A stretch of DNA of 64,000 bases. Source: Eledone cirrhosa (lineage: Eukaryota). The translations under genes and the position numbers were made by a program. Of the stretch, positions 43,568 through 48,539 are shown piece after piece. The notes under the pieces are model-generated. The model did no database searches. It was not told the DNA's origin and worked only from the letters and a program-made list of their open reading frames with translations. Each line of letters begins with the position of its first letter. Position 1 is the first letter of the stretch. Where the stretch lies: assembly GCA_964016885.1 (NCBI GenBank), contig OZ024742.1, positions 226,548,001 through 226,612,000 of the forward strand, in the 5' to 3' direction.

Positions 43568-43616
43568 TTACTATTCTAAGCTGCAGTGATGGCACCTGGT
43601 TATTTTGAGGCTTAAG
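24000..43616 (-). CDS. Alternative overlapping Asn/Thr/Ser/Tyr/Cys repeat frame (NSTNTTTNYSSNTTYC)n with unique N-terminal extension LKPQNNQVPSLQLRIVRPKD
   Basis: ORF track 24000..43595 (6531 aa). The frame stays open into unique sequence up to TAG at 43,619-43,617. Candidate acceptors ctag|, accag| and ctgcag| lie in this extension. Coding status is unproven. Confidence 0.3.
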   Translation of the reverse strand, partial: LKPQNNQVPSLQLRIVRPKDTNTTNYSSNTTYCNSTNTTTNYSSNTTNCNSTNTTTNYSSNTNYCNSTNTTTNYSSNTTYCNSTNTTTNYSSNTTYCNSTNTTTNYSSNTNYCNSTNTTTNYSSNTTNCNSTNTTTNYSSNTNYCNSTNTTTNYSSNTTYCNSTNTTTNYSSNTTYCNSTNTTTNYSSNTTNCNSTNTTTNYSSNTNYCNSTNTTTNYSSNTTYCNSTNTTTNYSSNTTYCNSTNTTTNYSSNTTYYNSINTTTNYSSNTTYCNSTNTTTNYSSNTTYYNSTNTTTNYSSNTTYYNSANTSTNYSSNTTYCNSTNTTTNYSSNTTYCNSTNTTTNYSSNTTYCNSTNTTTNYSSNTTYCNSTNTTTNYSSNTTYYNSINTTTNYSSNTTYCNSTNTTTNYSSNTTYYNSTNTTTNYSSNTTYYNSANTSTNYSSNTTYCNSTNTTTNYSSNTTYCNSTNTTTNYSSNTTYCNSTNTTTNYSSNTTYCNSTNTTTNYSSNTTYYNSINTTNNYSSNTTYCNSTNTTTNYSSNTTYYNSTNTTTNYSSNTTYYNSTNTTTNYSSNTTYYNSANTSTNNSSNTTYCNSTNTTTNYSSNTTYCNSTNTTTNYSSNTTYCNSTNTTTNYSSNTTYCNSTNTTTNYSSNTTYCNSTNTTTNYSSNTTYYNSTNTTTNYSSNTTYCNSTNTTTNYSSNTTYCNSTNTTTTNYSSNTTYCNSTNTTTNYSSNTTYCNSTNTTTNYSSNPTYYNSSNTTTNYSSNTTYYNSTNTTTNYSSSTTYCNSTNTTTNYSSNTTYCNSTNTTTTNYSSNTTNCNSTNTTTNYSSNTTYCNSTNTTTNYSSNTIYCNSTNTTTNYSSNTTYCNSTNTTTNYSSNTNYCNSTNTTTNSSSNTTYCNSTNTTTNYSSNTTYCNSTNTTTNYSSNTTYCNSTNPTTNSSSNTTYCNSTNTTTNYSSNTTYCNSTNTTTNSSSNTTYCNSTNTTTNYSSNTTYCNSTNTTTNYSSNTNYCNSTNTTTNYSSNTTYCNSTNTTTNYSSNTTYCNSTNTTTNYSSNTNYCNSTNTTTNSSSNTTYCNSTNTTTNYSSNTTYCNSTNTTTNYSSNTTYCNSTNPTTNSSSNTTYCNSTNTTTNYSSNTTYCNSTNTTTNYSSNTNYCNSTNTTTNYSSNTTYCNSSNTTTNYSSNTTYCHSTNITTNYSSNTNYCNSTNTTTNYSSNTTYCNSTNTTTNYSSNTTYCNSTNTSTNYSSNTNYCNSTNTTTNYSSNTTYCNSTNTTTNYSSNTTYCNSTNTTTNYSSNTTDCNSTNTTTNYSSNTTYCNSTNTTTNYSSNTTYCNSTNTTTNYSSNTTYCNSTNTTTNYSSNTTYCNSTNTTTNYSSNTTYCNSTNTTTNYSSNTTYCNSTNTTTNYSSNTTYCNSTNTTTNYSSNTTYCNSTNTTTNYSSNTTYCNSTNTTTNYSSNTTYCNSTNTTTNYSSNTTYYNSTNTTTNYSSNTTYYNSTNTTTNYSSNTTYCNSTNTTTNYSSNTTYYNSTNTATNYSSNTTYCNSTNTTTNYSSNTTYCNSTKTTTNYGRNTTYCNSTNTTTNYSSNTTYCNSTNTTTNYSSNTTYCNSTNTTTNYGSNTTYCNSTNTTTNSSSNTTYCNSTNTTTNYSSNTTYCNSTNTTTNYSSNTTYCNSTNTTTNYSSNTNYCNSTNTTTNSSSNTTYCNSTNTTTNYSSNTTYCNSTNTTTNYSSNTNYCNSTNTTTNYSSNTTYCNSTNTTTNYSSNTNYCNSTNTTTNYSSNTTYYNSANTSTNNSSNTTYCNSTNTTTNYSSNTTYCNSTNTTTNYSSNTTYCNSTNTTTNYSSNTTYCNSTNTTTNYSSNTTYCNSTNTTTNYSSNTTYYNSTNTTTNYSSNTTYCNSTNTTTNYSSNTTYCNSTNTTTTNYSSNTTYCNSTNTTTNYSSNTTYCNSTNTTTNYSSNPTYYNSSNTTTNYSSNTTYYNSTNTTTNYSSSTTYCNSTNTTTNYSSNTTYCNSTNTTTTNYSSNTTNCNSTNTTTNYSSNTTYCNSTNTTTNYSSNTNYCNSTNTTTNYSSNTTYCNSSNTTTNYSSNTTYCHSTNITTNYSSNTTYCNSTNTTTNYSSNTTYCNSTNTTTNYSSNTTYCNSTNPTTNSSSNTTYCNSTNTTTNYSSNTTYCNSTNTTTNSSSNTTYCNSTNTTTNYSSNTTYCNSTNTTTNSSSNTTYCNSTNTTTNSSSNTTYCNSTNTTTNYSSNTTYCNSTNTTTNYSSNTTYCNSTNPTTNSSSNTTYCNSTNTTTNYSSNTTYCNSTNTTTNSSSNTTYCNSTNTTTNYSSNTTYCNSTNTTTNYSSNTNYCNSTNTTTNYSSNTTYCNSTNTTTNYSSNTTYCNSTNTTTNYSSNTNYCNSTNTTINSSSNTTYCNSTNTTTNYSSNTTYCNSTNTTTNYSSNTTYCNSTNPTTNSSSNTTYCNSTNTTTNYSSNTTYCNSTNTTTNYSSNTNYCNSTNTTTNYSSNTTYCNSSNTTTNYSSNTTYCHSTNITTNYSSNTTYCNSTNTTTNYSSNTTYCNSTNTTTNYSSNTTYCNSTNTSTNYSSNTNYCNSTNTTTNYSSNTTYCNSTNTTTNYSSNTTYCNSTNTTTNYSSNTTDCNSTNTTTNYSSNTTYCNSTNTTTNYSSNTTYCNSTNTTTNYSSNTTYCNSTNTTTNYSSNTTYCNSTNTTTNYSSNTTYCNSTNTTTNYSSNTTYCNSTNTTTNYSSNTTYCNSTNTTTNYSSNTTYCNSTNTTTNYSSNTTYCNSTNTTTNYSSNTTYYNSTNTTTNYSSNTTYYNSTNTTTNYSSNTTYCNSTNTTTNYSSNTTYYNSTNTATNYSSNTTYCNSTNTTTNYSSNTTYCNSTNTTTNYGRNTTYCNSTNTTTNYSSNTTYCNSTNTTTNYSSNTTYCNSTNTTTNYGSNTTYCNSTNTTTNSSSNTTYCNSTNTTTNYSSNTTYCNSTNTTTNYSSNTTYCNSTNTTTNYSSNTNYCNSTNTTINYSSNTTYCNSSNTTTNYSSNTTYCHSTNTTTNYGSNTTYCNSTNTTTNYSSNTTYCNSTNTTTNYSSNTTYCNSTNTSTNYSSNTNYCNSTNTTTNYSSNTTYCNSTNTTTNYSSNTTYYNSTNTTTNYSSNTTDCNSTNTTTNYSNNTTYCNSTNTTTNYSSNNTYCNSTNTTTNYSSNTTYCNSTNTTTNYSSNTTYCNSTNTTTNYSSNTTYCNSTNTTTNYSSNTTYYNSTNTTTNYSSNTTYYNSTNTTTNHSSNTTYCNSTNTTTNYSSNTTYYNSTNTATNYSSNNTYCNSTNTSTNYSSNTTYCNSTNTSTNSSSNTTYCNSTNTTTNYSSNTTYCNSTNTSTNYSSNTTYCNSTNTSTNSSSNTTYCNSTNTTTNYSSNTTYCNSTNTTTNYSSNTTYCNSTNTTTNYSSNTSYCNSTNTTTNYSSNTTYCNSTNTTTNYSSNTTYRNSTNTTTNYSSNTTYCNSTNTTTNYSSNTTYCNSTNTTTNYSSNTTYCNSTNTTTNYSSNTTYCNSTNTTSNYSSNTTYCNSSNTTTKYSSNTTYCNSTNTTTNYSSNTTYCNSTNTTSNYSSNTTYCNSTNTTTNYSCNTTYYNSTNTTTNYSSNTTYCNSTNTTTNYSSNTTYYNSTNTTTNYSSNTTYCNSTNTSTNYSSNTTYCNSTNTSTNSSSNTTYCNSTTTSTNSSSNTTYCNSTNTTTNYSSNTTYCNSTNTTTNYSSNTTYCNSTNTTTNYSSNTTYCNSTNTTTNYSSNTTYCNNTNTTSNYSSNTTYCNSTNTTTNYSSNTTYCNSTNTTTNYSSNTTYCNSTNTTTNYSSNTTYCNSTNTTTNYSSNTTYCNSTNTTTNYSSNTTYCNSTNTTTNYSSNTTYCNSTNTTTNYSSNTTYYNSTNTTTNYSSNTTYYNSTNTTTNYSSNTTYCNSTNTTTNYSSNTTYYNSTNTATNYSSNTTYCNSTNTTTNYSSNTTYCNSTNTTTNYGRNTTYCNSTNTTTNYSSNTTYCNSTNTTTNYSSNTTYCNSTNTTTNYGSNTTYCNSTNTTNNSSSNTTYCNSTNTTTNYSSNTTYCNSTNTTTNYSSNTTYCNSTNTTTNYSSNTTYCNSTNTTTNYSSNTNYCNSTNTTTNSSSNTTYCNSTNTTTNYSSNTTYCHSTNTTTNYCNSTNTTTNYSSNTTYCNSTNPTTNSSSNTTYCNSTNTPTNYSSNTTYCNSTNTTTNYSSNTTYCNSTNTTTNYSSNTNYCNSTNTTTNYSSNTTYYNSTNTATNYSSNTTYCNSTNTTTNYSSNTTYCNSTNTTTNYGRNTTYCNSTNTTTNYSSNTTYCNSTNTTTNYSSNTTYCNSTNTTTNYGSNTTYCNSTNTTTNSSSNTTYCNSTNTTTNYSSNTTYCNSTNTTTNYSSNTTYCNSTNTTTNYSSNTNYCNSTNTTINYSSNTTYCNSSNTTTNYSSNTTYCHSTNTTTNYGSNTTYCNSTNTTTNYSSNTTYCNSTNTTTNYSSNTTYCNSTNTSTNYSSNTNYCNSTNTTTNYSSNTTYCNSTNTTTNYSSNTTYYNSTNTTTNYSSNTTDCNSTNTTTNYSNNTTYCNSTNTTTNYSSNTTYCNSTNTTTNYSSNTTYCNSTNTTTNYSSNTTYCNSTNTTTNYSSNTTYCNSTNTTTNYSSNTTYYNSTNTTTNYSSNTTYYNSTNTTTNHSSNTTYCNSTNTTTNYSSNTTYYNSTNTATNYSSNNTYCNSTNTSTNYSSNTTYCNSTNTSTNSSSNTTYCNSTNTTTNYSSNTTYCNSTNTSTNYSSNTTYCNSTNTSTNSSSNTTYCNSTNTTTNYSSNTTYCNSTNTTTNYSSNTTYCNSTNTTTNYSSNTSYCNSTNTTTNYSSNTTYCNSTNTTTNYSSNTTYRNSTNTTTNYSSNTTYCNSTNTTTNYSSNTTYCNSTNTTTNYSSNTTYCNSTNTTTNYSSNTTYCNSTNTTSNYSSNTTYCNSSNTTTKYSSNTTYCNSTNTTTNYSSNTTYCNSTNTTSNYSSNTTYCNSTNTTTNYSCNTTYYNSTNTTTNYSSNTTYCNSTNTTTNYSSNTTYYNSTNTTTNYSSNTTYCNSTNTSTNYSSNTTYCNSTNTSTNSSSNTTYCNSTTTSTNSSSNTTYCNSTNTTTNYSSNTTYCNSTNTTTNYSSNTTYCNSTNTTTNYSSNTTYCNSTNTTTNYSSNTTYCNSTNTTSNYSSNTTYCNSTNTTTNYSSNTTYCNSTNTTTNYSSNTTYCNSTNTTTNYSSNTTYCNSTNTTTNYSSNTTYCNSTNTTTNYSSNTTYCNSTNTTTNYSSNTTYCNSTNTTTNYSSNTTYYNSTNTTTNYSSNTTYYNSTNTTTNYSSNTTYCNSTNTTTNYSSNTTYYNSTNTATNYSSNTTYCNSTNTTTNYSSNTTYCNSTNTTTNYGRNTTYCNSTNTTTNYSSNTTYCNSTNTTTNYSSNTTYCNSTNTTTNYGSNTTYCNSTNTTNNSSSNTTYCNSTNTTTNYSSNTTYCNSTNTTTNYSSNTTYCNSTNTTTNYSSNTTYCNSTNTTTNYSSNTNYCNSTNTTTNSSSNTTYCNSTNTTTNYSSNTTYCHSTNTTTNYCNSTNTTTNYSSNTTYCNSTNPTTNSSSNTTYCNSTNTPTNYSSNTTYCNSTNTTTNYSSNTTYCNSTNTTTNYSSNTNYCNSTNTTINYSSNTTYCNSSNTTTNYSSNTTYCHSTNTTTNYSSNTNYCNSTNTTTNYSSNTTYCNSTNTTTNYSSNTTYCNSTNTSTNYSSNTNYCNSTNTTTNYSSSTTYCNSTNTTTNYSSNTTYYNSTNTTTNYSSNTTDCNSTNTTTNYSSNTTYCNSTNTTTNYSSNTTYCNSTNTTTNYSSNTTYCNSTNTTTNYSSNTTYCNSTNTTTNYSSNTTYCNSTNTTTNYSSNTTYYNSTNTTTNYSSNTTYYNSTNTTTNHSSNTTYCNSTNTTTNYSSNTTYYNSTNTATNYSSNNTYCNSTNTSTNYSSNTTYCNSTNTSTNSSSNTTYCNSTNTTTNYSSNTTYCNSTNTSTNYSSNTTYCNSTNTSTNSSSNTTYCNSTNTTTNYSSNTTYCNSTNTTTNYSSNTTYCNSTNTTTNYSSNTSYCNSTNTTTNYSSNTTYCNSTNTTTNYSSNTTYRNSTNTTTNYSSNTTYCNSTNTTTNYSSNTTYCNSTNTTTNYSSNTTYCNSTNTTTNYSSNTTYCNSTNTTSNYSSNTTYCNSSNTTTKYSSNTTYCNSTNTTTNYSSNTTYCNSTNTTSNYSSNTTYCNSTNTTTNYSCNTTYYNSTNTTTNYSSNTTYCNSTNTTTNYSSNTTYYNSTNTTTNYSSNTTYCNSTNTSTNYSSNTTYCNSTNTSTNSSSNTTYCNSTTTTTNYSSNTTYCNSTNTSTNYSSNTTYCNSTNTSTNSSSNTTYCNSTNTTTNYSSNTTYCNSTNTTTNYSSNTTYCNSTNTTTNYSSNTTYCNSTNTTTNYSSNTTYCNSTNTTSNYSSNTTYCNSSNTTTKYSSNTTYCNSTNTTTNYSSNTNYCNSTNTSTNYSSNTNYCNSTNTSTKYSSNTTYCN

Positions 43617-43921
43617 CTAGCTCTACAATAAAATAAATTCAATTTGCAGTCTGGTAAGGTGATGAACCTATTTGTTTATCCTTCATGCTCTGACCACACT
43701 AAGAAAAATACTAAGCCTGCATTTTCTACTACACAAGTTCACACTCCCCACCCACACCATTTGTGTCATAATTCTGTCAGTCACCACCCTGGACTCGTAC
43801 TCCATTTTATCAACTACAAAACAATGAAAATCGAAATTAACGTTGGCAAGATTTGAACTCAATCACACAAATAACACAAGTTATCTGATCCGACACTCTA
43901 ACAATTCCATTAATCTACCAT

Positions 43922-44116
43922 AATAATAATTGTTTCTACTTTTGGCACAAGGCCAGCAATTATCCAGTACATTACTGGTACTTTATTTTATCGACCACGT
44001 AAGGATGAAAGGCAAAGTTAACCTCGGCGGGATTTGAACTCAGACCATAAAGAGCCATAGCTCTTTGCTGCAAAGCATGGCGTCCGACCCTCTACTGATA
44101 CTGCCAATCCACTGCC
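43922..44116 (-). mobile_element. tRNA-derived SINE (MetaSINE-like central domain)
   Basis: Minus strand reads A-box-like tggcagtatcagt, B-box gagttcaaatccc, then ttgcctttcatccttacgtggtcgataaaataaagtaccag and an (ATT)n tail. Near-identical copies at 44,906 and 53,617. Confidence 0.85.
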
Positions 44117-44119
44117 CTT

Positions 44120-44607
44120 ATAATAATAATAATGATTTCATTTATTAGCCACAAAGGGCCACATGTAGGGGACAATACAAAGACGTGGACAGTGGGGGCT
44201 TACAATAAGATTGAGTAAAAATGCACAATAACAATAATAATAATAATAAAATGATTGTGTACAGTGCTCAGGTGCACTACAACACATCAAAGGTGCAAGT
44301 ATAGTACATAGAATAATGTACAAATGTTAAGAAAGTGAACAGTGTGTGACTCATGGTATACACACAGATACATGTGTGTGTATGGCGGAGGAATATCAGG
44401 TGTAGTGTTGGCGAATTTCAGGAAGCATAGAAGCTTTGAAGGATGCAGTGTCCTAACAGTTAACAACTAATGCAGGTAGTTTGTTTCTGCCTCAACAACT
44501 CTGAGCATGAAGAAATGTTTCTGAAAGTCATGGGAGCTGTGCTGTTTTCTGATTTTGTAAGCATGTCCACGGGTGTTAGACACATGGAATTCAAAAAGGT
44601 GCTCAGA
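44120..44607 (-). mobile_element. 3' end of a CR1/L2-group LINE (degenerate ORF2 C-terminus and 3' UTR)
   Basis: Minus-strand translation SNTRGHAYKIRKQHSSHDFQKHFFMLRVVEA..KLPALVVNC.DTASFK matches the TRGH…FF..RVV..WN.LP..VV…FK motif. (ATT)n-rich tail. Confidence 0.75.
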
Positions 44608-44905
44608 CTAGTACTTTGCTTTTCATCCATTCAGAGTCAATAAAATAAAGTTGGCCTTGGCAAAATTTGAATTCAGAATGCAAAGAACTGGAACAAATAT
44701 CACAAAACCCTAATGACTCTGCCAAGTCGTTTCTTTCAAATATTGTGAATCATAGAGATTCCACCCTGGTATTGGCCGATGATAGATTGAAGAGGGGGGC
44801 TGAATGGACCACACCCTGACCAGTGGCAGATTGAGAGTAGGTATTGACTGTCCCCACAATATATAAAAGGCCTCATATTAATTTTTCTTTTTTTTTTTTG
44901 CTACC

Positions 44906-45093
44906 ATAAATAATTGTTCCTACTTTTGGCACAAAGCCAGCAATTACCTCAGTGCATTACTGGTGCTTTATTTCATCAACCCCTTAAGGATGAAAGGCAA
45001 AGTTAACCTCGGTGAGATTTGAACTCAGAACGTAACGGGCCATAACTCTGTGTTGCAAAGCATGGTGTCCGACGCTCTACGATACTGCCAATC
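44906..45093 (-). mobile_element. tRNA-derived SINE, same family as 43,922-44,116
   Basis: Colinear similarity: acttttggcacaaagccagcaatt…ggatgaaaggcaaagttaacctcggtgagatttgaactcag…gatactgccaatcc. Confidence 0.85.
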
Positions 45094-45139
45094 CAATAAT
45101 ATTAGTTTGATTCAATAGGAAAGAAGACAGTATAGGCTG

Positions 45140-45365
45140 GGTATATTTTATTGTGACACCAACACTACCTCTTTACATAGTATACTGAGAGCATTTTATC
45201 ATGACACCATCGCTGCTATTTTACAGAGTATACTGAGTGCATTATAATGTGGCACCAGCACTACCACTCTACAGTGTGGGGTGAGTGTATTTTATCACAA
45301 CACCAGCACTACCACTCTGCTGAGTGGGTTGGGCTCATTTTATCATGACAGCAGCATTATCACTT
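45140..45365. repeat. Degenerate ~45-50-bp minisatellite (about 5 copies)
   Basis: Recurring ttttat(c/t)..gacaccagcactacc.ct.tacag.gt units, resembling the repeats in RTE 3' UTRs elsewhere in the window. Confidence 0.55.
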
Positions 45366-45799
45366 CACATATATAAATACATATACATACATATATCAAT
45401 AGATATATGTGTACACGAACACACACACACATCTATATAGCGATGTATATTTTTAAATCGACATTGAAACCTGAAAACCTGCTGGAATGACACCTAACAT
45501 ATTTTTACTGCACACTAGACAAAAATAATCTAGTGTCTCTCTTTACAGAGTTACTGTTCTTTATTTTTTCAGTACTATAGCATTTATGAAACTTCCTGTA
45601 TGTGTATGTGTCTAAATGTGTAAGCATCTGAATGTGTGCTGTGTCTGTTATGTCTATGATGTGTATATGTATATCTATATGTGTGTCTAAGAGTGCGTGT
45701 GTGTATGCATGTCTGTATCTAAGTGCGTGTGTAAACTACACACCAGAGAAAAATAATCTCAATAAAATGCACTCAGTACACTCTGTAAAGGGGTGAATA

Positions 45800-45940
45800 G
45801 ACAGAGTTGCTGGAACATCAGATAGAATGCTGCGTGGGATTCATTCTGAGTCTGTGCTTTGAGTTACAAACCTGCTGCAGTTAACTTTGGCCTTCATCTT
45901 TTTGGAGTCAATAAATAACATACCAGTCTAGTACTGGATT
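45800..45940 (+). mobile_element. Degenerate SINE copy
   Basis: gagttacaaacctgctgcagttaactttggccttcatcttttggagtcaataaataacataccagt resembles the B-box and central domain of the SINE family. Confidence 0.55.
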
Positions 45941-45969
45941 TGATTCTTCCTCTATATCTCTTTCTAACC

Positions 45970-46018
<49 letters not shown>

Positions 46019-46103
46019 GTATTTCCGTAGAAAAGGTAAAGGAAAGAAGAGTGCTCTATGTATAGTACAGAGCTATTTAATTATGTCTTAAACAACACAA
46101 TAC

Positions 46104-46185
46104 AATTATTCCATTTACCAAAGGTTTCACGAAGACAGGCGACCTCAACAGATGTGTCCGAAGTTGTTCATCAGAAAGGAAAATT
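46104..46185 (-). ncRNA. Type I hammerhead ribozyme motif (mirror copy in the left arm)
   Basis: Minus strand reads tcctttCTGATGAacaacttcggacacatctgttgaggtcgcctgtcttcgtGAAAcctttggTAaatggaataatt. Core is intact; stem II is weaker. Confidence 0.55.
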
Positions 46186-46245
46186 AAATATGGATGTAAG
46201 ATATGAAATTAAAAACAAATAATTTCATATCTTACATCCATATTA

Positions 46246-46327
46246 AATTATCCTTTCTGATGAACGACTTCGGATGCCTCTGTTGAAGTCGCCTGTCTTC
46301 GTGAAACCTTTGGTAAATGGAATAATT
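46246..46327 (+). ncRNA. Type I hammerhead ribozyme motif
   Basis: CTGATGA at 46,257-46,263; stem II closed by acga/tcgt; GAAA at 46,303-46,306; stem III cc-ttt-gg; GTA cleavage triplet ending 46,315; stem I aattatccttt / aatggaataatt (imperfect). Confidence 0.7.
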
Positions 46328-46351
46328 GTATTGTGTTGTTTATTACATAAT

Positions 46352-46385
<34 letters not shown>

Positions 46386-46387
<2 letters not shown>

Positions 46388-46819
46388 GCGGTACTCAGTA
46401 ATAGAGAAGACCCGCCTTACCTAAATACAAAGTAAAAACCTACTACAGTCAGTAGGCATCTCTATCAAAACACCCCCCCCCCCGTCCCACCACCTCCACC
46501 CCATCCACACCGCCCCTTTCAATGTAAAGTTATGTTGGTGCCACAACATCCAGGCCGAAACAAATGAGATCGTGTAGGTGTCACGACAAAAAAACACACA
46601 GTCCACGCTGTAATGTGGCCGTGTAGGCAACACGGTAAAAACCTCCCAGCCCCACACTGTAAATGTGGTTGGTGTTAGGAAGGGCATCCAACTGTAGAAA
46701 ACCTGCCAGACAGTCCTATGCGAGCAAGACAACCACTCTTGCCTCAAGTGGGACTACCCCCGTCCAAACCCATGCAAGCGTGGAACACGGACGTTAAACG
46801 TTGATGATGATGATGATGA

Positions 46820-46822
<3 letters not shown>
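46386..46822 (+). mobile_element. 5'-truncated copy (3' UTR) of the RTE LINE at 49.4-52.9 kb
   Basis: Near-identical to 52,465-52,905 (agaagacccgccttacctaa…ggacgttaaacg) and ends in (GAT)n. Confidence 0.92.
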
Positions 46823-46873
<51 letters not shown>

Positions 46874-47144
46874 TTCTCTGGAAAAAATTGTGTATGTTCC
46901 AGCATGGAATTAAGGAGTCAAGGGCTCTGGAAACTATAAAGTGATTGGTATCCCCTCATAGAAACCACTCAAAATATGGAACATATAAGCAAGATTAGGT
47001 CACTCTGACTCTTTTAGTCTCAAGCTGTGACAACCCATCCAACCCATGCCAGAATGGAAAACTGACATAAATCATATGGTGATGATGATGATGTGTCTCT
47101 CTACAGAGTTACTCTTCTCGATTTCTTCATTACTACAGCATTAC

Positions 47145-47347
47145 TCGTGTGTGTGTGTGTCTGTGTGTGTGTGTGTCTGTGTGTGTGTGTGTCTGTGTGT
47201 GTGTGTGTCTGTGTGTGAATTACACACCAGATAAAAATAATCACCTCGAGCAAGTTTCTTTACTGTGTTATTGTTCTTGATTTTCTTCAGCACTATAGCA
47301 TTCCTTATGAAACTGTTTGTATGTGTAAGTATGTGTGTGTATATATG

Positions 47348-47414
<67 letters not shown>

Positions 47415-47503
47415 GCACAAAGACATGCAGACACACACGCATACATGTATATATACACACACACAGACACAGATACTCACAGACACATATATATATATGT
47501 ATA

Positions 47504-47564
<61 letters not shown>

Positions 47565-47575
47565 ATGTGTGTGTA
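47145..47575. repeat. Compound (TG)n/(TA)n/(CA)n microsatellite cluster
   Basis: Read directly. It accounts for the YIYI/CVCV ORFs in the track. Confidence 0.95.
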
Positions 47576-48029
47576 TGGGAGGGTATAGGTGAAAATGTAC
47601 TAAAATTCAATAATGAACTGAATCCATTGATGTCTGTAATCAATTATGGATGTGTTACTATTATTAACCAACATAAGAATCTACACTTGTTTCATGTTAT
47701 TGATTTTTTTAAATCAATCAATCAATCAATCAATAATTTAGGAAAGCTACAAGAAGAGAGAAAATCAATCATTAACTAATGTTTAACTGAACAACACAGT
47801 TGATCATCAGCTTCTTAACATAAATTTCTTATTTTAGTTTCTTCCTAGGAAAAGCAAAAGTCACAAAATAACTGCTCATTAACAATTTGTTGAGTCAGCC
47901 ATTTTTGCAAATCAAATTTGTTGCTCATTAGCTACACAATATTCAATTTAATGGCTAAACACAAGTTACAATTTATTCAAATGTTGGAAAGACAGAGAGG
48001 AATTACAATTAAAACAAGCATTTTGAAAC

Positions 48030-48345
48030 CATCTTCCCTGCTAAAGTAGGGCTTAGTCTTGTGGGCCCCTTGACAGGCTTCTCTATTTTGCCCAAGTGTC
48101 TGATTCCCCTCTCATCAACCTCCTGGCTTTCATGTCTTCCTCTATCATCTTTAGCCATGTCATTCTTGGTCTTCTCCTTCCTCTACCTACTTCCACATTC
48201 ATTTCCCTCACTCCTCTCATCCAGTCACAACTATTTTGTAGCATTTCTCGTCACAACCTTCATTACTGGCTCTATTGCTCTCATCCCATCATTTTCATCC
48301 TTCCTCAACACATGACCCAACAATGTCACTCCATTTTGCTTCACA
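48030..48345 (-). mobile_element. Degenerate RTE-like LINE C-terminal fragment
   Basis: Minus strand agaggaaggagaagaccaagaatgacatgg translates to RGRRRPRMTW, cf. the GRPRKTW motif of the intact RTE. Confidence 0.5.
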
Positions 48346-48539
48346 ACATTCATCACTGACTATCTCCAGTTCATCGTTTGCCTGCCTCTCCCTAAACAAT
48401 ACTCTATCCTCATATGAACCATTTCCTTTTACCCTTTAGCATTTGTATTACTCTATATATATACTATTGTATTATCGCACATAATATCGAATCTATAAGA
48501 ACTTGATATTATTTATTTTGAGAACAATACCTTAACGTT

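Larger units (their letters stand above)
46016..46357. mobile_element. Palindromic hammerhead-bearing element 1 (Penelope pLTR/retrozyme-like)
   Basis: Inverted repeat 46,074-46,210 / 46,221-46,357 with a 10-nt loop. Unique flank 46,016-46,073 is homologous to the reverse complement of 62,090-62,166. (TA)n on both sides. Confidence 0.75.

Noticed and set aside
509-43589. Plus-strand Val/Gly/Thr ORFs (VGGGVSTVTVGGVTAV)n, including the 5,912-aa ORF
   Set aside because: Antisense shadow of the stop-free 48-bp repeat. Starts are GTG/TTG point variants inside the array, and there are no unique domains.
44020-44116. tRNA gene
   Set aside because: A/B boxes belong to the SINE head; no complete cloverleaf, and the sequence is repeated with SINE body and tail.
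46074-46357. miRNA precursor or ordinary MITE interpretation of the long hairpins
   Set aside because: Arms are too long and too perfect for an animal pre-miRNA. The asymmetric conserved flank and hammerhead cores are not explained by a TIR transposon.
47046-47779. Multiple short ORFs rich in YI/CV/HT
   Set aside because: Translations of dinucleotide microsatellites. The same applies at 60.2, 61.0, 62.8-63.3 and 63.6 kb.
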